From Azolla caroliniana (taxonomy: Eukaryota > Plantae > Polypodiophyta), in the NCBI GenBank assembly GCA_043228905.1, contig JBHGNT010000006.1:14880001-14944000 (forward strand): a stretch of DNA of 64,000 nucleotides, in the 5' to 3' direction. The stretch's first letter is position 1. Every line of letters begins with the position of its first letter. Below the pieces are notes generated by a model. That model saw only the letters and a program-made list of their open reading frames with translations. It searched no databases and was not told the DNA's origin. This document shows, piece by piece, positions 1-13,458 of the stretch. The position numbers were made by a program, and so were the translations under genes.

Positions 1-2253
1 CCAACGAGTTCTTCGGGAACCTAGCCCACTTTCTCCTCGAATACGCCTTCATCCATGCCAACCCCTACAACATGGCAAAGAAGAAGGCAGGATTGATCAT
101 CACAGCTTATCACGGTGGAGCCATCAATTGGGGTATTATAACAAGTGAACGAGTCCGCGCGGCCATCGTCTCCTTTCAATCGGAGAAACGATTTTTACCG
201 GTACTAGCACAATACACTGTTGTGCTTTACCCTCCCCAGGCACAGACACCTCCTAAGGCCAAATGACAGTGCCATTGCAGTTGTCGCATGAAGAGTGGTA
301 GGATGACGATAACTAGGCCCTTACCACAACCCCAGCCTAAAAAAACACCGAAGAAGGGAACAACATCACTATACGCAGCCGTGATAAGGTGATACTAAAA
401 ATAACTTCACCCCGCCCGACACCAAACTGAAAACCGGCCAAATAGACAAAAATGCCACAGCTTGTTCCAGAGGTCCCATGCTTAGTGGGAGCCCAACAAA
501 AACGGGATGGTGATGAACAAACATCCGCGGCGGCGGATACGGCCGTGAAGCATCGCCGAACCGACCTGAGCAGCACAAAGCAGACAAAGCATGAAATCAC
601 GGCTGTTGACAAACAATTGATCGTCATACCGGAGAAATTTGTCGCGATCAAACAAACCACCCAGCTGGCTTCCAGAAGACAAATTGAACAAGGCCAACAC
701 TTGCAGTTTTCGGAGTACGAGGTCTTAACGCTTAAGGGATTACCTACGGAGGCATTTGAGCTTGGCGCAATCCTCCAGCATGGCATGACATACGAACTCA
801 TAGACTTCTTGCCACGACTTCAAGTAGTTGTCGCAGCCCGCATGGCCCAGGACACGCTGAACAACAGGTCATAGAAGAGGGCCTTAGATAACGAGCCAGC
901 TTAAGATGACAAGCCGAAACAACGGAAGATTGGCCGGAAACGGGTAATGAAGAAAAGCGGAACATGTATTGAACTTCCAGAGCTCAACACGGCGTTTGTA
1001 TAAGTCTACTGCGAATTGGAGAAACGCATGCGTGCCACAAAAGACATGGCCACACGAAACAAATTGGCGAGCAAACAGGAAAAAGATTGCCACGGACTTG
1101 TGGCATGCATCCGAGTTACAACGCTCTGAACTTAAGCAACAACTCCATAGAAAGGAGCAAACTACCACGCTCGCCTTGGCGTCTTTCAAACCTACAACCA
1201 CTTACATCGCGACGTAGACAAACCAGCCATGTGAGCCCGAACGGACTGACACGGCCAATTAGGCAAATTCACCATGCCCTCCCGCTCTAACAACAACATC
1301 CACACAAACCGAGGAAGATTTTCACCAAACCATTCGTATTAAAGATATCACCGTGCATAAGGCCATGGCAGATAAAGCTAAAGAACGTTATGCGCAGGCC
1401 CAGATGGAGGCTACAAATAGTAAGGAACAGGCCACACAAAGAGAAGCCAAACTCACGAAACTGCTCAACAAGCGGACGACGCAGGTTCAGGAGGCCGAAA
1501 TGAAAGTTGTCGTATCTATAAAATCCATACAGGACATTGCGGCCGCACAAATCGCCTCCGTAACCAAAGAGCTCGTTGAAATGTAGGTACACTCCAATTG
1601 ATTTTTGCAGAAATATGAAGATGCCGAATAGGAACGTTCCAAATTGGCTTGCGCCCTTCACGAGAGCCAAATGAATGCAACATTGGAAATCGAACACCAA
1701 CACCATAGACTTCTGAAGGAATCAGAAGAAAACATGGATTGTCTCCTTAACAAATTCGATCACTTCACAAGAGGCAAATGCACGAGTAACCGCCCTCAAC
1801 ACGTCGTGTGAAATCATCACGGCACAACTTAAACAAAAGGTGGAAGAAGCGAAACACGAGACGGCTGTACTATAGGCCAAATATGATAAAAGGGAGGAGC
1901 GCATCCATGCCCTAGTCATGAAATAACGGCAGAAGCTAAATCGAAAAGTCGAGGAAACGATTACGAATGGTTGGAAGCAATGGTCAGCTCAAGCAGCTGA
2001 ATTACAGGTTCTATGGGCAGATGCCGAAAACAGAAAAAAGGAGGGCCGAGGCTTTTACAAGATGGATGACACCAGTATCCAAATGATCCGCGAAGACCTC
2101 ACCGAGGACTTTCATGCCTTGGACGATGTACATACCAAATCCATTAGAAGGCTCCTCGAGGAATTCAATGATGATCAAATGTTGTTGATGCTCGACACAG
2201 AATGCGCCATGAATGATAACTCCCTCGATGAACCACGAGCATCGGGTGCATGA
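1..2253 (+). pseudogene. Degenerate, frameshifted ORF with a long coiled-coil-like C-terminal half, probably a retroelement accessory ORF
   Basis: Chain of + strand ORF fragments (72-266, 452-874, 1353-1586, 2062-2253) rich in Q/E/K/A heptad-like sequence. No gag/pol motifs recognised. Ends just before CGTGACA (2269-2275). Confidence 0.35.
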
Positions 2254-2290
2254 CAACAAGAGTCGGAGCGTGACACCCCAACCTCCCCGG

Positions 2291-2610
2291 TGTCGTGTGG
2301 TTTTTCACGCACGATATGAAAACTAGTAAAATAATTATTTAAGATTAGCTTAATGGATTCATATGGAAAGATAGATGTCTTCAACAGCTTCATAATGCAT
2401 TTTAGTACACATGAAACGGATAAACAAGTATCAAGTTATGTGAGTGTGAAGTTTGAGAAGATTGGGAAAAACAAAATTGTGAGATATCCCACATAGATAG
2501 GACAACATTGGATCCCATTGTATATAAGGAGAGCCAGAACCTATTATTTTATGACTATGTTTGAAGCACAGAATGTTCAAGGTGGCTTGGGCTCAGCATG
2601 TATTAATCAT
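2291..2610. mobile_element. Probable truncated LTR of the TGTCGTG-ended gypsy group
   Basis: Starts TGTCGTG like the LTRs at 6951, 42119 and 48468, and is preceded by CCGG. AT-rich with a TATA-like motif at ~2520. Other end not found. Confidence 0.35.
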
Positions 2611-4027
2611 CCGGCGTCAAATCGAGGCAATACGGCACAACAAGAAGCTAGCTTCGATGACAGCAAACGAATGACGCTCTCTAGACGAAACAACTAGGTT
2701 GACCATCCGCATGTATTTGGCTGAGAACATTTACTTTAGCGTGGCCAAAGAGATGTCGGCATTTTCCCTGTGGGAGAAGCTCCATGCCGTTTATGAAAAA
2801 AGTCCTCCTCATCGAAGCTCATATTGATCCGACAATTGTTCAATATGAAGAGGAGAGAGATAGATCTGGCGACCTCCCACATCAATACCTTCAATCAGGT
2901 GTTGTTCGAACTCTCCTTCCAATGGATTAACTTCGAAGAAGAAGTTAAAGCCTTTGCCCTTCTTTCGAGATTGCTAGTGAGTTGGGAAGTATTTTGCATG
3001 ACATTCACCAATAGTAGCCCAAATTTGAACCTGGACGAAACAATTGAACAGGTTCTCGTAGAGGATATTCGGCAAATATAGATGGGTCTCATCATCGATG
3101 ATTCGGCAGAAGCTCACTACTTGACTGAGTTATCCGGAAGAACCGATCGAAGCACTAGTTGGTCGAGAAGTAGGAATGATAATCGACCGTGGTCAAAGTC
3201 ACAAAACGGCAAGCCGAATACCTACTGCAAACATTGCAGAAAGGCCAGCCACAATGTTGCTGACTATTGGTCGATCAACAAGAAGGAGACTAGACGACGA
3301 TTCGAGTGGAATCCAGGACAGTCTGACTTGGATCACTCTCAAATCGGCAACCAAATCAATGTTGCCGAATCCCAGTCGAGAGAAATCCTCTCCCTGGAAG
3401 ATTCGTCGACCTGTGACATCCTATGTACCGCGCTAGACGCACGAACGTGGTTACTGGATTCCGGAGCCACATTTCATGTGACCCCCAACATCGAATGGTT
3501 TTTGAACTATTCGGTCAGTGTCAGCAACACAATGCGACTAGGAAATGGGCAGGAGTGTGAAATCGCAAGGATTGGTGAGGTTCCCATCCAATTATCGAAT
3601 GGTAATATCATCACCTTGCACCTGAGTTTGACATGTACCTTAGCTAAAGAGGAGTTTGATCTCCATCTCCATGCTAGCCAAACCCAGGTACCGAACAACT
3701 CTTAGTGAGTCGTCATGGACGATCAGTTGAGGAAATATGAAAATTGGGAGCGAATGCAAGCAGAACAACTTGTATCCACTAATGGCGATCAATGCGGAGG
3801 GTATAGTGAATGTAGCCGAATCACCAGATTCGAACTTATGGCATGGCTGACTCGGTATATGTCTCAAGACGGACTAGACTGGTTAATGGCGATCAGCTAC
3901 ATCCCGAAGCTTCAGTCAAAGATGGATTTCTACAAGTATTTTCGTTCGGTAAACAGATCCCGAAGTTTGCACTCTCTCCATTACAAGACGGTACATCAGC
4001 CCCTAGAAGTAGTCCACACAGATATAT

Positions 4028-4780
4028 TGACGTGAACTTAACGTTCCTTATGCACGATGCTCGGCCACAACCGAGCGTAGAATGATACACAGAAAAACGG
4101 GAAGTAAAACACGACAAGAAGGAGAGGAAGATATACACACACTACACAGGAGGTTTACGTGGAAAACCCCAAACTAGGGGAAAAACCACGGCAGCCCACA
4201 TGCTGCAAACTGTCACTATGTAGGAATGTACAAAAACAGTGAGTTCACGGAGGCAACGACCTCGGACTCACGATCTTCGCCACAGGCGGCGGTTACTACA
4301 GAGGCAACGACCTCGTCTCTCTCTCTCTCTCTCTCTGTACAGTTACGCACTCTCTCTTCTTCTTGCACCAACAAGAAAATGACAACAACAACATATAAAA
4401 ATGTTTGCCCTAAGTCATATTTATACTAATATGACTTTTTGGCTATATACAAATATAGCCACGATGGGCTCTCAGAAACATATTTACGAATATGTCTCTT
4501 CCTCCGGCTCATACCGGGTCTGCACCATCCGGCTCTCCGTAGCCGGGTACTCCTCATCCGGTTCGTACCGGGCCTGCACCATCCGGCTCTCCGTAGCCGG
4601 GTACTCCTCATCCAGTTCGTATCGGGCCTGTATCATCCGGCTCCCCGTAGCCGGGTACTCCTCGTCCGGTTCGTACCGGGCCTGTATCATCCGGCTCTCC
4701 GTAGCCGGGTACTCCTCATATTGTTTCGGCCTCGGCACTGTTCTTCTCCCTTCCCATCCAGAGGGACCTGTCTCCCAACA
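4028..4780 (-). mobile_element. Solo LTR, same family as the LTRs at 26671 and 37031
   Basis: TG..CA ends and perfect 5-bp TSD TATAT (4023-4027 / 4781-4785). Reverse complement aligns with 26671-27475, including the 54-bp repeats. Confidence 0.92.
4505..4720 (-). repeat. About 4 copies of a 54-bp CCGG-rich tandem repeat inside the solo LTR
   Basis: Repeated CATCCGGCTCTCCGTAGCCGGGTACTCCTC. 18-aa periodicity in the ORF track. Confidence 0.9.
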
Positions 4781-6950
4781 TATATGTGGGCTCCCGGTTC
4801 TTCATCACATTTGTATATGACTGTACATGGAAAGTCTGGGCCTACTCAAATAGGTCGAAAGAAGGAGCGCTCGAGGTCTTCTCTCAGTGGTTAGCCAAAG
4901 TGGAGAACCGATATAGACACCAAGTGAAGACACTTTGATCTAATAATAGAGGTGAATACACCTCTAGAGCCTTCAAACAACACCTGTCCGACATCAAAAG
5001 ACAGTTCCCTATACCCCCATGTAGAATGGCGTGGTGGAACGGATCAACCGAATGATCCAAGAGAGGGTGACGACAATGCTCCAGCAATCCGGAATAAAAA
5101 TGGAATTTTGGGCCAAAGCATTGTAGAAGACAGTATACTTGATAAATCTATCACATCGAGAGCAATACGGGTCGAAGTGTCACAGGCACTATGGTTTGGT
5201 AGACAACCAACCTATGACAGGCTCCATATATTCAAATGCCAAGCCTATGCCTTCATCCCCAGGGACAAATGGTCCAAGCTGGCACCCCATGCGCTTAAGT
5301 GTATATTTCTCAATTATGGAACCGATGGGGACTTCGCCTATCAACTATGGGATCTAGAGAACCGGAAATTGATCCGAAGTAGTGATATAGTCTTCAATGA
5401 AGACTCAATACTCACCAACTGAACCCAGCCGAAGATCGGCAAAATGGTCTCATTTGACCTTCAGAAATCGGTTGTAGAAGGGCTGACCGACCGGGCTGAA
5501 TCGGAGATTCGACAAATAGTCAAAATCGACCAAGGCAACAATCCCCTTGCCAAATCCGAATCGACAAGAGGTCCATTAGTTGAAATCAAATCAATCAAGA
5601 GATTGACAAGAGCCAAACTGGCCAACCGAGGCAAAGTCGAATTGACTAGAGTCAAAAAAGGCAAAGCCGAGAAGTGGTGAGTCGAAAACGACATAGTTGA
5701 ATGAGACTAAGTCGATTCGACCATCACCCCCAATAAGGCTAAGGCGACGAAAAGCTGAATCAACTTGGCCAAGTTCTCGGATCCTCTGTCAATGTATCCC
5801 GAAGAAGGGGAGGATCACTCAACATCACCTAAATGCAGGGGGTGAGTCATCCAAAAGGACTTTTGAAGATGATTCAAATAATGTCGATCAGCTCAAAGAA
5901 TCTAACGTGACCAAATTGACACCCAAGAGATCCGGATGAGTCTAAAGGCCAACAGATTTTTTCCAACAGGGCACCGACTATGTCAACTACACGGATGCAA
6001 GCGAACCTAGCTCCTATGAGGAAGTTGTGGTTGCACCCGACACTGAGACATCGCTACAAACCATGAGATCCGAAATGGACTCGATCCATACAAACAAAAC
6101 ATGGGAGTTGGTTGAACTACCAATTAGAAGGAAGCCACTTCGCTACAAATGGGTCTTCAGATACAAATATGTATCCGAATTGGAGAAGCCCAAATATAAA
6201 TCTCGGCTCATCACCAAGGGATTCAAGCAAGAACACGGGGTCGACTATGACGAGATATTCTCAGCGGTAGTCAAATGATAACCCTTTGTCTCTTACTTGG
6301 AGTTGTGACAACAGAAGACCAAGAGCTCGAGAAACTGGACGTAAAGACGACATTCCTACACTGAGATGGCAAGCTTCACGGTGACAGGGGAGGAAGGTCA
6401 CCTCGTATGCCGATCGAAGAAAAGCCTTTATGGCTTAAAACAAGTGCCAAGGATGTGGTACCAAAAGTTTGACTGCTACATCCGACACGTTGGTTACAAC
6501 CGGTTCGACTCCGACCCATGTATGTACATTCGGCAACTAGCCGAAGAGTCTTGGATCAATCTGATCCTATATGTCGACAACATGCTCATCGCTGATAACG
6601 ATCGAGAAATTTGCGGCGCCTTCACGAGAAATTTGTGATGAAGTAACTCGGACAAGCCCGACACATACTAGGCATGTGGATAGAGCGAAATCAGACAGCA
6701 AAGACCCTCTAGCTCTCCTAGTTTACATCCAAAAGGAGATGAGGCGCTTCAATATGGAGAACGCGAAGCTAGCACCAACATTCCTTCCGACATTGTTCCG
6801 GCTATCAGACATAGACTCTCCATACATAGAAGAGGAGAGAAAGATCATGAGTCGAATACCCTATGCATCGGCCATAGGAAGTCTCATGTAAGCAATGGTG
6901 GTGACCCGACCTGACCTGACCTTGCATATATCGTAGGGGTCGTTAACCGG

Positions 6951-7811
6951 TGTCGTGGAGGATTCCGGCTACTAGGAGAAAACTCGCCGAATGCGCATGA
7001 ACGGGGGTGTGCACGGATGCACACGAAATGGTCTTTATGTACAACCGTATGTAATATTTATGCGTTGATGAATACTAGGCTATGTGATTTAGGTAGGTAC
7101 TTTAATGTCCCACACATATAGAGAAGAATAAAGGTGATAGATGGGAGGAGATTGAGAAGAGAATCTGCAAAGAGACTGGTTGTTTTAATAGCCTGATGTA
7201 ACGACTTCTCTCCCTCCTTGAGCTATAAATGGAGGGGGAAAAGACTGATAGGGGATCCACGATTTTGGGAGAACAAAGTGTTGCGAGATCGAGCTGTAGA
7301 GATTATTGTTTCCTATTCTGTGTATCCGTTGAGTGATAGTGAGGTCTTTGTTTCGCGCAGGAAGCCCGTGTGCTCCCGATCAAAGGTCCACTAGAGTCGG
7401 TGTGTGTGTGTGTGTTTCCGGGGGATGTGAGCTCTATTGCCGGCCGAGTCCGTTTGTACTCCTCTGTTATTTAATCCACTTGTTTGTTTTGTTCGATTCT
7501 TCTCTTAGTGTTGAGCCCGTATTTCCCTTTCTTGTTTTCATCCACCTCGAGTGTTGTCTGTGTTTCAGAGCCGCGTGCTCATCAACTTCTATTCAACCGC
7601 TAGTCCGAAATAGTATATGTATCTGGGCCTGCCTGCCCATCTTTTGGTATCCGGTGTCCAGTCCAACTCGGAAGAGTGCCTGAGCCCGTGTGTCAATGAA
7701 GTGATCTGGAAACAATACGATAAGACTCCTCACCCTCTCTTACCGGCTCCTTCGCTCAAGACCCCGGTGGTCCCGCCCCGTTTCAACACATACCCGCGGA
7801 TATCCGTGACA
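6951..7811. mobile_element. Solo LTR (TGTCGTG...CGTGACA) of a gypsy group, 4-bp TSD
   Basis: Flanks are CCGG (6947-6950) and CTGG (7812-7815). Removing the insert and one 4-bp copy restores the host RT frame VVNRYMSKPG. TATAAAT at ~7224. Confidence 0.85.
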
Positions 7812-8767
7812 CTGGTACATGTCAAAACCTGGACAAAAGCACTAGGAGGATGTAATGAAGATATTCCGGTACCTACGAGGCACCGAAGATTTGCAACTGA
7901 CATTCGGATCGAATAATCCGATCGAAGTCAAAGGCTTCACCAATTTTGACTACACCAGTAATTTGGACATTCAAAAGTCGACATCAGGTTATTTCTTCAC
8001 CTATGGCGGCGACGCCATATCATGGAGGTTGAAGTTACAAGATTGCAGAATACTCTCAACAACCGAGGCCGAGTATATATCTGCATCGGAATCAGCCAAG
8101 CAAGCCATTTGGCTGCACCGACTATCAGTTGACTTTTCGGCTAAAGGCCGAATCAACCATACGACGCAAACCCTCTATTGCGACTCACAGAGTGCAATAC
8201 ACCTCATCCAGATGAAGCATATTGAGGTGAGGTACCATCATATTTTCGAGCTCATCATGGAGTTCGGAAGGTGGATAACGAGGTGAACATCGTCAATAGC
8301 CTGACCAAGCCTCTCCCAGATCAACGCTTTAATGCATTAGGAAGACATATGGGACTACAACAAGCGAGCGAGCAAAGAGGAGCCGAACGAGGAGCAAAAG
8401 GTAAGTTGAAGAACGACACAACCAGACAAAGTCGAAGGAGCTAGACAGCCTAAAGGTTGCAAACCCAGCTGAGTGTGAGGAGACTGAAAGGACAAGAGAT
8501 GATGGAGGGTTAAATGAAACCGAAAATTGATCGATGATCCATCAGAGAGCACGAGATTCAGCACATGCGAAGAACCGATGACCTAAAGGCCAAAAGCTGA
8601 ATCGGTCATTAGCCAACTCAAACACCAACCAATTTAGCAATCAACCGATTAACTAATGCCTACTCTACCTCTACAAATTTGGCTACCAACACACCAGGTT
8701 GTAACATGCTTTGTAGTTGTAATTTAAGCTCAAGGGGGAGATCACCCCATAGAGCGCTAGCAGGTTC

Positions 8768-8963
8768 TAGTTTAATGTGCACGTGCCCACACCCTTACGC
8801 ACGTGCGACTGCACACATTTACGTATCTATACATGCTATCGTTGCTCGACAAGTTCTCACACGAGGAGGAGAACGTGTTACAGGTTGTGCCCAAATTGTG
8901 TAGGGACAATATGACACCTAAGACTAGCCTAGACGCGTGGGAGGGTGGATTAGTTGGTATGGG
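8768..8963. repeat. ~195-bp direct repeat, copy 1 (copy 2 at 10723-10922)
   Basis: TAGTTTAATGTGCA(C/T)GTGCCCACAC...GGGTGGA(T/C)TAGTTGGTATGGG occurs twice. Confidence 0.85.
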
Positions 8964-10722
8964 CACGTAAAGTCCCAGCTCGCGGCATCATTCGACATGA
9001 AGGACCTAGGGGACCTTCATTACTTCCTAGGGATCGAAGTGATCCACACCCCCAAAGGTATACTGATCAGCCAACGGCATTACATGTTGAGTATGCTCTT
9101 CAAGTTCAAGATGGCAAACTGTAAGTCCATGTCAACTCCTCTGGACAAAAACGTCAGACACGGTTCTGACAGATTGTCGGAAGCCTAATTTATTTGACGG
9201 TCACTCGATCGGATCTCAGCTATCCGTCTAGCCTGATCAGTCAATTTATGTCACAACCCACGACCGAACACCTTCAGTGTGCGCAAAGGATATTGCGGTA
9301 TGTCAGTAGCACTAAGGACATGGTGTTGTTATATCGGGCAGGAGTAGCCAAGTAGTTAGTCGGTTACACGGATGCCGATTGGGTCAGAAATGCCAGCGAT
9401 GGCAGATCAACATCTAGCTATCCATTTTCATTGGGAAGTGCAATAATCGCATAGAGCAGTAAAAAGCAGCCGACAGTGACACTATCAAGCACGGAGGCCG
9501 AGTATCGAGGAGCGGTTGTCGTTACATGCGAAGTCATCTGGCTCAAGTGGCTACTCAAGGATCTGCAAGTGGAGGTGTCCGCTCCGACGACGATCTACTG
9601 CGACAATCTCAGCAGCATCCAACTTACGAAAAACCCCGTCTTCCACGCCCGGACCAAGCACATTGAGGTGCACTACCATTTTTTCGCGAGTGTGTCCTCT
9701 CTGGTGAAGTCGAACTAGCATATGTTCCAATGGATCGACATACTGCCAACATCTTCACCAAGCCCCTTGGTCTCGACAAGTTGCGGAAATTCTCGGGTGC
9801 GCTTGCTTTGTGGCATCTCGACATGCCAAACTTGAGAGGGAGAAAAGCCCAGGAAAGGAGCGGAAATGACCGCGAAGCAGAATCGGATGAAAAAATCAAT
9901 TTCGGGTCGGTTGAAGAAGTCCAAGGCAGAAACAAGGGCAGCAATCGAAGGGAAGAGCTGAAGTCAGTTGAACAAGGGGGAGATGAAGCCAAGACGGGTG
10001 AGAAGGCCAAGACCAAGACATGGTCTGATGTGGTTAAGGGCATGAAGACAGAAAAACAAATTGGAGACAACCGATTCGGTTCGAATGTTCAATTCGGAGA
10101 CGCCAAATCAACAGAAGGCCAAGTGGAGGAAAGGGCAACGGAAGAGGCGCCAACACCACGATAGCAAGGGAGCTAAGAAAGGCCGCACGAGCAGACAAGC
10201 CGACTGAAAGCATCGAGGCATGAAGCTAGGAAAAAAAAGCCAGAGTGAAGATCAAGAAGAGTAGGCCGAACCTCAAGTTGAGCTTGAGGGGGAGTTTTGA
10301 GATACAAGCTCAACATTGGGTGCGTAAACCAGTGTGTAGACTGGGTGCGTAAACCAGGTGCGCAATGAGAGGCCGTAGAGGTGCGTAAACCAGGAGGCCG
10401 TTGGATAGATATTCCATGGAGGAATATATTTTGGGAGTTAGTGTATGGGCTCATTGATGAGCATTGAAGTATGAGTCAGTACTTCTGTCAGTCCGTATGG
10501 ACTTGTATAAAAGTGCTCTCTAAGCATGTCATCCTATGTACAGAGTTTTAGAGTATTGTTTTGGAATAGAGTTTTTTGTGTTCTGCTCTCTCTGTCTCTC
10601 CCGCGTACAATGTAGATTGATTAAGCTTTCCATTAAACCTTCCTCATCTTCCTTGTCTCTTTGTCTTGTGTCTTGTTGTTACTTGGTTGTGTCTGTTAAG
10701 CTTCCCCATGTATTCTTTTACA
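8964..10722 (+). mobile_element. 3' fragment of a different copia element (RT end, RNase H, 3' UTR, PPT, 3' LTR ~10295-10722)
   Basis: FDMKDLGDLHYFLGIEV, LSSTEAEYR, IYCDNLSSI, HARTKHIEVHYHF. PPT GAGGGGGAG 10286-10294. LTR ends TTTACA at 10722 and contains 3x GGTGCGTAAACCAG. Confidence 0.85.
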
Positions 10723-11441
10723 TAGTTTAATGTGCATGTGCCCACACACCCCTATGCGCACATGCGACTGCACACATTTATGTATCTATACATGCTATCG
10801 TTGCTTGACAAGTTCTCACATGAGGAGGAGAACGCGCTACAAGTTGCGCCCAAATTGTCTAGGGACAATATGACACCTAAGACTAGCCTAGGCGTGTGGG
10901 AGGGTGGACTAGTTGGTATGGGTCTTGTGCAAGAGCTGTACGCAGGACATAAACATTATGGTAACGGGAATGGTGAGTGACATGCATGTGCTCTGATTGC
11001 ATGGCCATGTAAATAATCTTGAATCTTTTCACAATGCATATCTCTGTCATGAACACATGACCATTATGGCGTCACCCGGACGTGAACCTCGAACCTTGTA
11101 ATCCATAATTGAAAACCTCAACCTTATTGTCTAATGAGAGGATAAAAGCTACTTTTTGTATTAGATTGATTATTGTAAAAACTCTAGATCATTCTAGAAT
11201 GTCCTAGAACATTCTAGAACATTATAGAAATCTCTAAGCTATTATATAGGAACCTATAAATAAGGGCATATATGTATTCTCAAATCAATTAGAATCAACA
11301 CCAATCTTTAGGTCTCATTGCATATCTTGTATCCATTCTCTTTCTTTCTCTATCTTAGCGTTTCGTTCCGTTTTTCTCGTGTTCCCTTGTATCCTTCTTC
11401 CATCACTGTATCTTTTATTCTTGCCTCTGATAGTTTCATTC

Positions 11442-11494
<53 letters not shown>

Positions 11495-11518
11495 CTCCTC
11501 TGTAACCATCATGAAACC

Positions 11519-12680
11519 ATGTCCGCCATTAACTCAGAAGAATATCTCACCCTTGTTGTAGAAATGGAGAATCTTAAATCCAAGTTCGCATCTCTTGAAG
11601 TAGAGAATCAACATCTACTTGGGGATCTACAAAAGGTTACTATAGAGAAGCAACAACAACAAGAGGAGTTCACGCGACGGGTTCAACAATTAGAGTCGAA
11701 AATCATAATGTTACAACAACAAAGGTTTGAAGGTCAAGGACTTATCAAGGAGCCCAAAATCACCCTCCCAGCTAAATTTGATGGTTCAAGGGCGCATTTC
11801 CGAGGTTTCTTGAATCAAGTACGGTTGGTGATTCAAATGCATCCCACACGTTATCTGACAGATGCATCACGAGTCGGGTTAGTGAGCACCTTATTGATTG
11901 GCATAGCATTGTCGTGGTTTGCTCCATTGTTAGAGACAAATTCTCCTCTACTAAATAATTTTGAGGAATTTATCAAAGAATTTAAGGCTTGTTCCAGAGA
12001 TACTGGTGGGGCGAGAACAACTATCAACAAGATTCGTACACTACGTCAAGGTGATCAGCTAGCTTTGATATATGCAGCCAATTTCCATCTCATCGTAAGC
12101 GATATTCCTTGGGATGAACAAGCCCTAATGGAGCAATTCCGCTCAGGCCTTCATAGTGATGTCAAAGACTTACTTCTTACCTTCCCCGAGGATCCAAGGT
12201 CACTTACAGAAGCTATTACTTGAGCAATACGGTGTGATAATTGCCTTTTTGAGCGTCAATGTGAGCGACAACAAAAAATAACACGATCAAGATTCACACC
12301 AACTTATGCATTAGTAACAGCGCAATCATCCCCAAGGCAAATATATAGCCTTGCTCCAACTCCAAGGCAAACACGTAGTCTAGTCCCAATGGATAATCCT
12401 ACACCCATGGAGATCAATACCTCAACGACGAGGATCGTTGTCGAATGAAGAGAAGTAACGACACCGAGCAAACCATTTGTGCTTATATTACAGAGGTCCA
12501 GGACATATAGCCATTCAATACTCCCATAGGCCGAGACGTCGGGTAAATCAAATTCACTATGACACTAAAAATGAGTTCAACATTTTAGAAGAAGACAGTG
12601 AATCTAATATTATGAATAATACACCCTTTTCCATTAAGTTTGAAGTCCTAAGCCAATTAGAAGAGGAGTCAAACAAATAA
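11519..12680 (+). pseudogene. Retrotransposon gag (retrotrans_gag/PEG10-like), with premature stops
   Basis: ORF 11318-12223 from MSAINSEEY: coiled coil, then capsid (LRQG, F...L...VKD). Stop at 12223. Knuckle at ~12477-12520. Confidence 0.8.
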
Positions 12681-12789
12681 GTCCGGCCTAAATAGGAGCC
12701 ATTTGGTTGGACAACTCTAGATATGTACAACCTAGTATGGGTTCCATTTCTTCCAAGCATGTTAGTAGAATCTTCTCAACCCAAGTACA

Positions 12790-13458
12790 AGTTAGGACAC
12801 CGAGTTGTCAACTTCAAGTCCAAGCCCTCTTAGATACTGGAGCCAATTCTTGTTTCATGGATAGAGATTTTGCCCAAAAACACCAAATATCCTTTGCATA
12901 CACTTCCTTGTCCAGTTTCCATAGTAGTGATTGATGGACATCCCATAGCTCCCGGGAAGATATTCGAAGAGTCTGAGCCAATACACATACTCTTAGGTGA
13001 TTTAGGATGTGTAGTTAGGACACCGAGTTGTCAACTTCAAGTCCAAACCCTCTTAGATACTGGAGCCAATTCTTGTTTCATGGATAGAGATTTTGCCCAA
13101 AAACACCAAATATCCTTTGCATACACTTCCTTGTCCAGTTTCCATAGTAGTGATTGATGGACATCCCATAGCTCCCGGGAAGATATTCGAAGAGTCTGAG
13201 CCAATACACATACTCTTAGGTGATTTAGGATGTGTAGTTAGGACACCGAGTTGTCAACTTCAAGTCCAAACCCTCTTAGATACTGGAGCCAATTCTTGTT
13301 TCATGGATAGAGATTTTGCCCAAAAACACCAAATATCCTTTGCATACACTTCCTTTTCCAGTTTCCGTAGTAGTGATTGATGGACATTCCATAGCTCCCA
13401 GGAAGATATTCGAAGAGTCTGAGCCAATACACATACTCTTAGGTGATTTAGGATGTGT
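12790..13458 (+). repeat. 3 tandem copies of a 223-bp unit containing the aspartic protease active site
   Basis: AGTTAGGACACCGAG starts at 12790, 13013 and 13236. Near-identical repeated ORFs in the track. Confidence 0.95.

Larger units (their letters stand above)
2610..8741 (+). mobile_element. Degenerate Ty1/copia internal region (gag-PR-IN-RT-RH), LTRs not recognisable, interrupted by two solo LTRs
   Basis: Zinc knuckle CKHCRKASH (ORF 3082), protease WLLDSGATFH, integrase VHTDI|CG split by the solo LTR at 4028, RT KYKSRLITKGFKQEHGVDYDEIF and LILYVDNM, RNase H STTEAEY / YCDSQSAI. PPT-like AAGGGGGAGA 8732-8741. Many stops and frameshifts. Confidence 0.85.

Noticed and set aside
4401-4894. 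Repeat-protein ORFs (also 26494-27061 and 36861-37280)
   Set aside because: By-products of a stop-free 54-bp LTR repeat, open on both strands, with no coding evidence.
11318-11518. N-terminal extension of gag (SLSLSL)
   Set aside because: Read-through of LTR and (CT)n microsatellite from a non-ATG start.
12665-12690. Frameshift site at the Tcn1-like gag/pol junction (TCAAAC...)
   Set aside because: Too degraded to define a heptamer or stimulatory structure.
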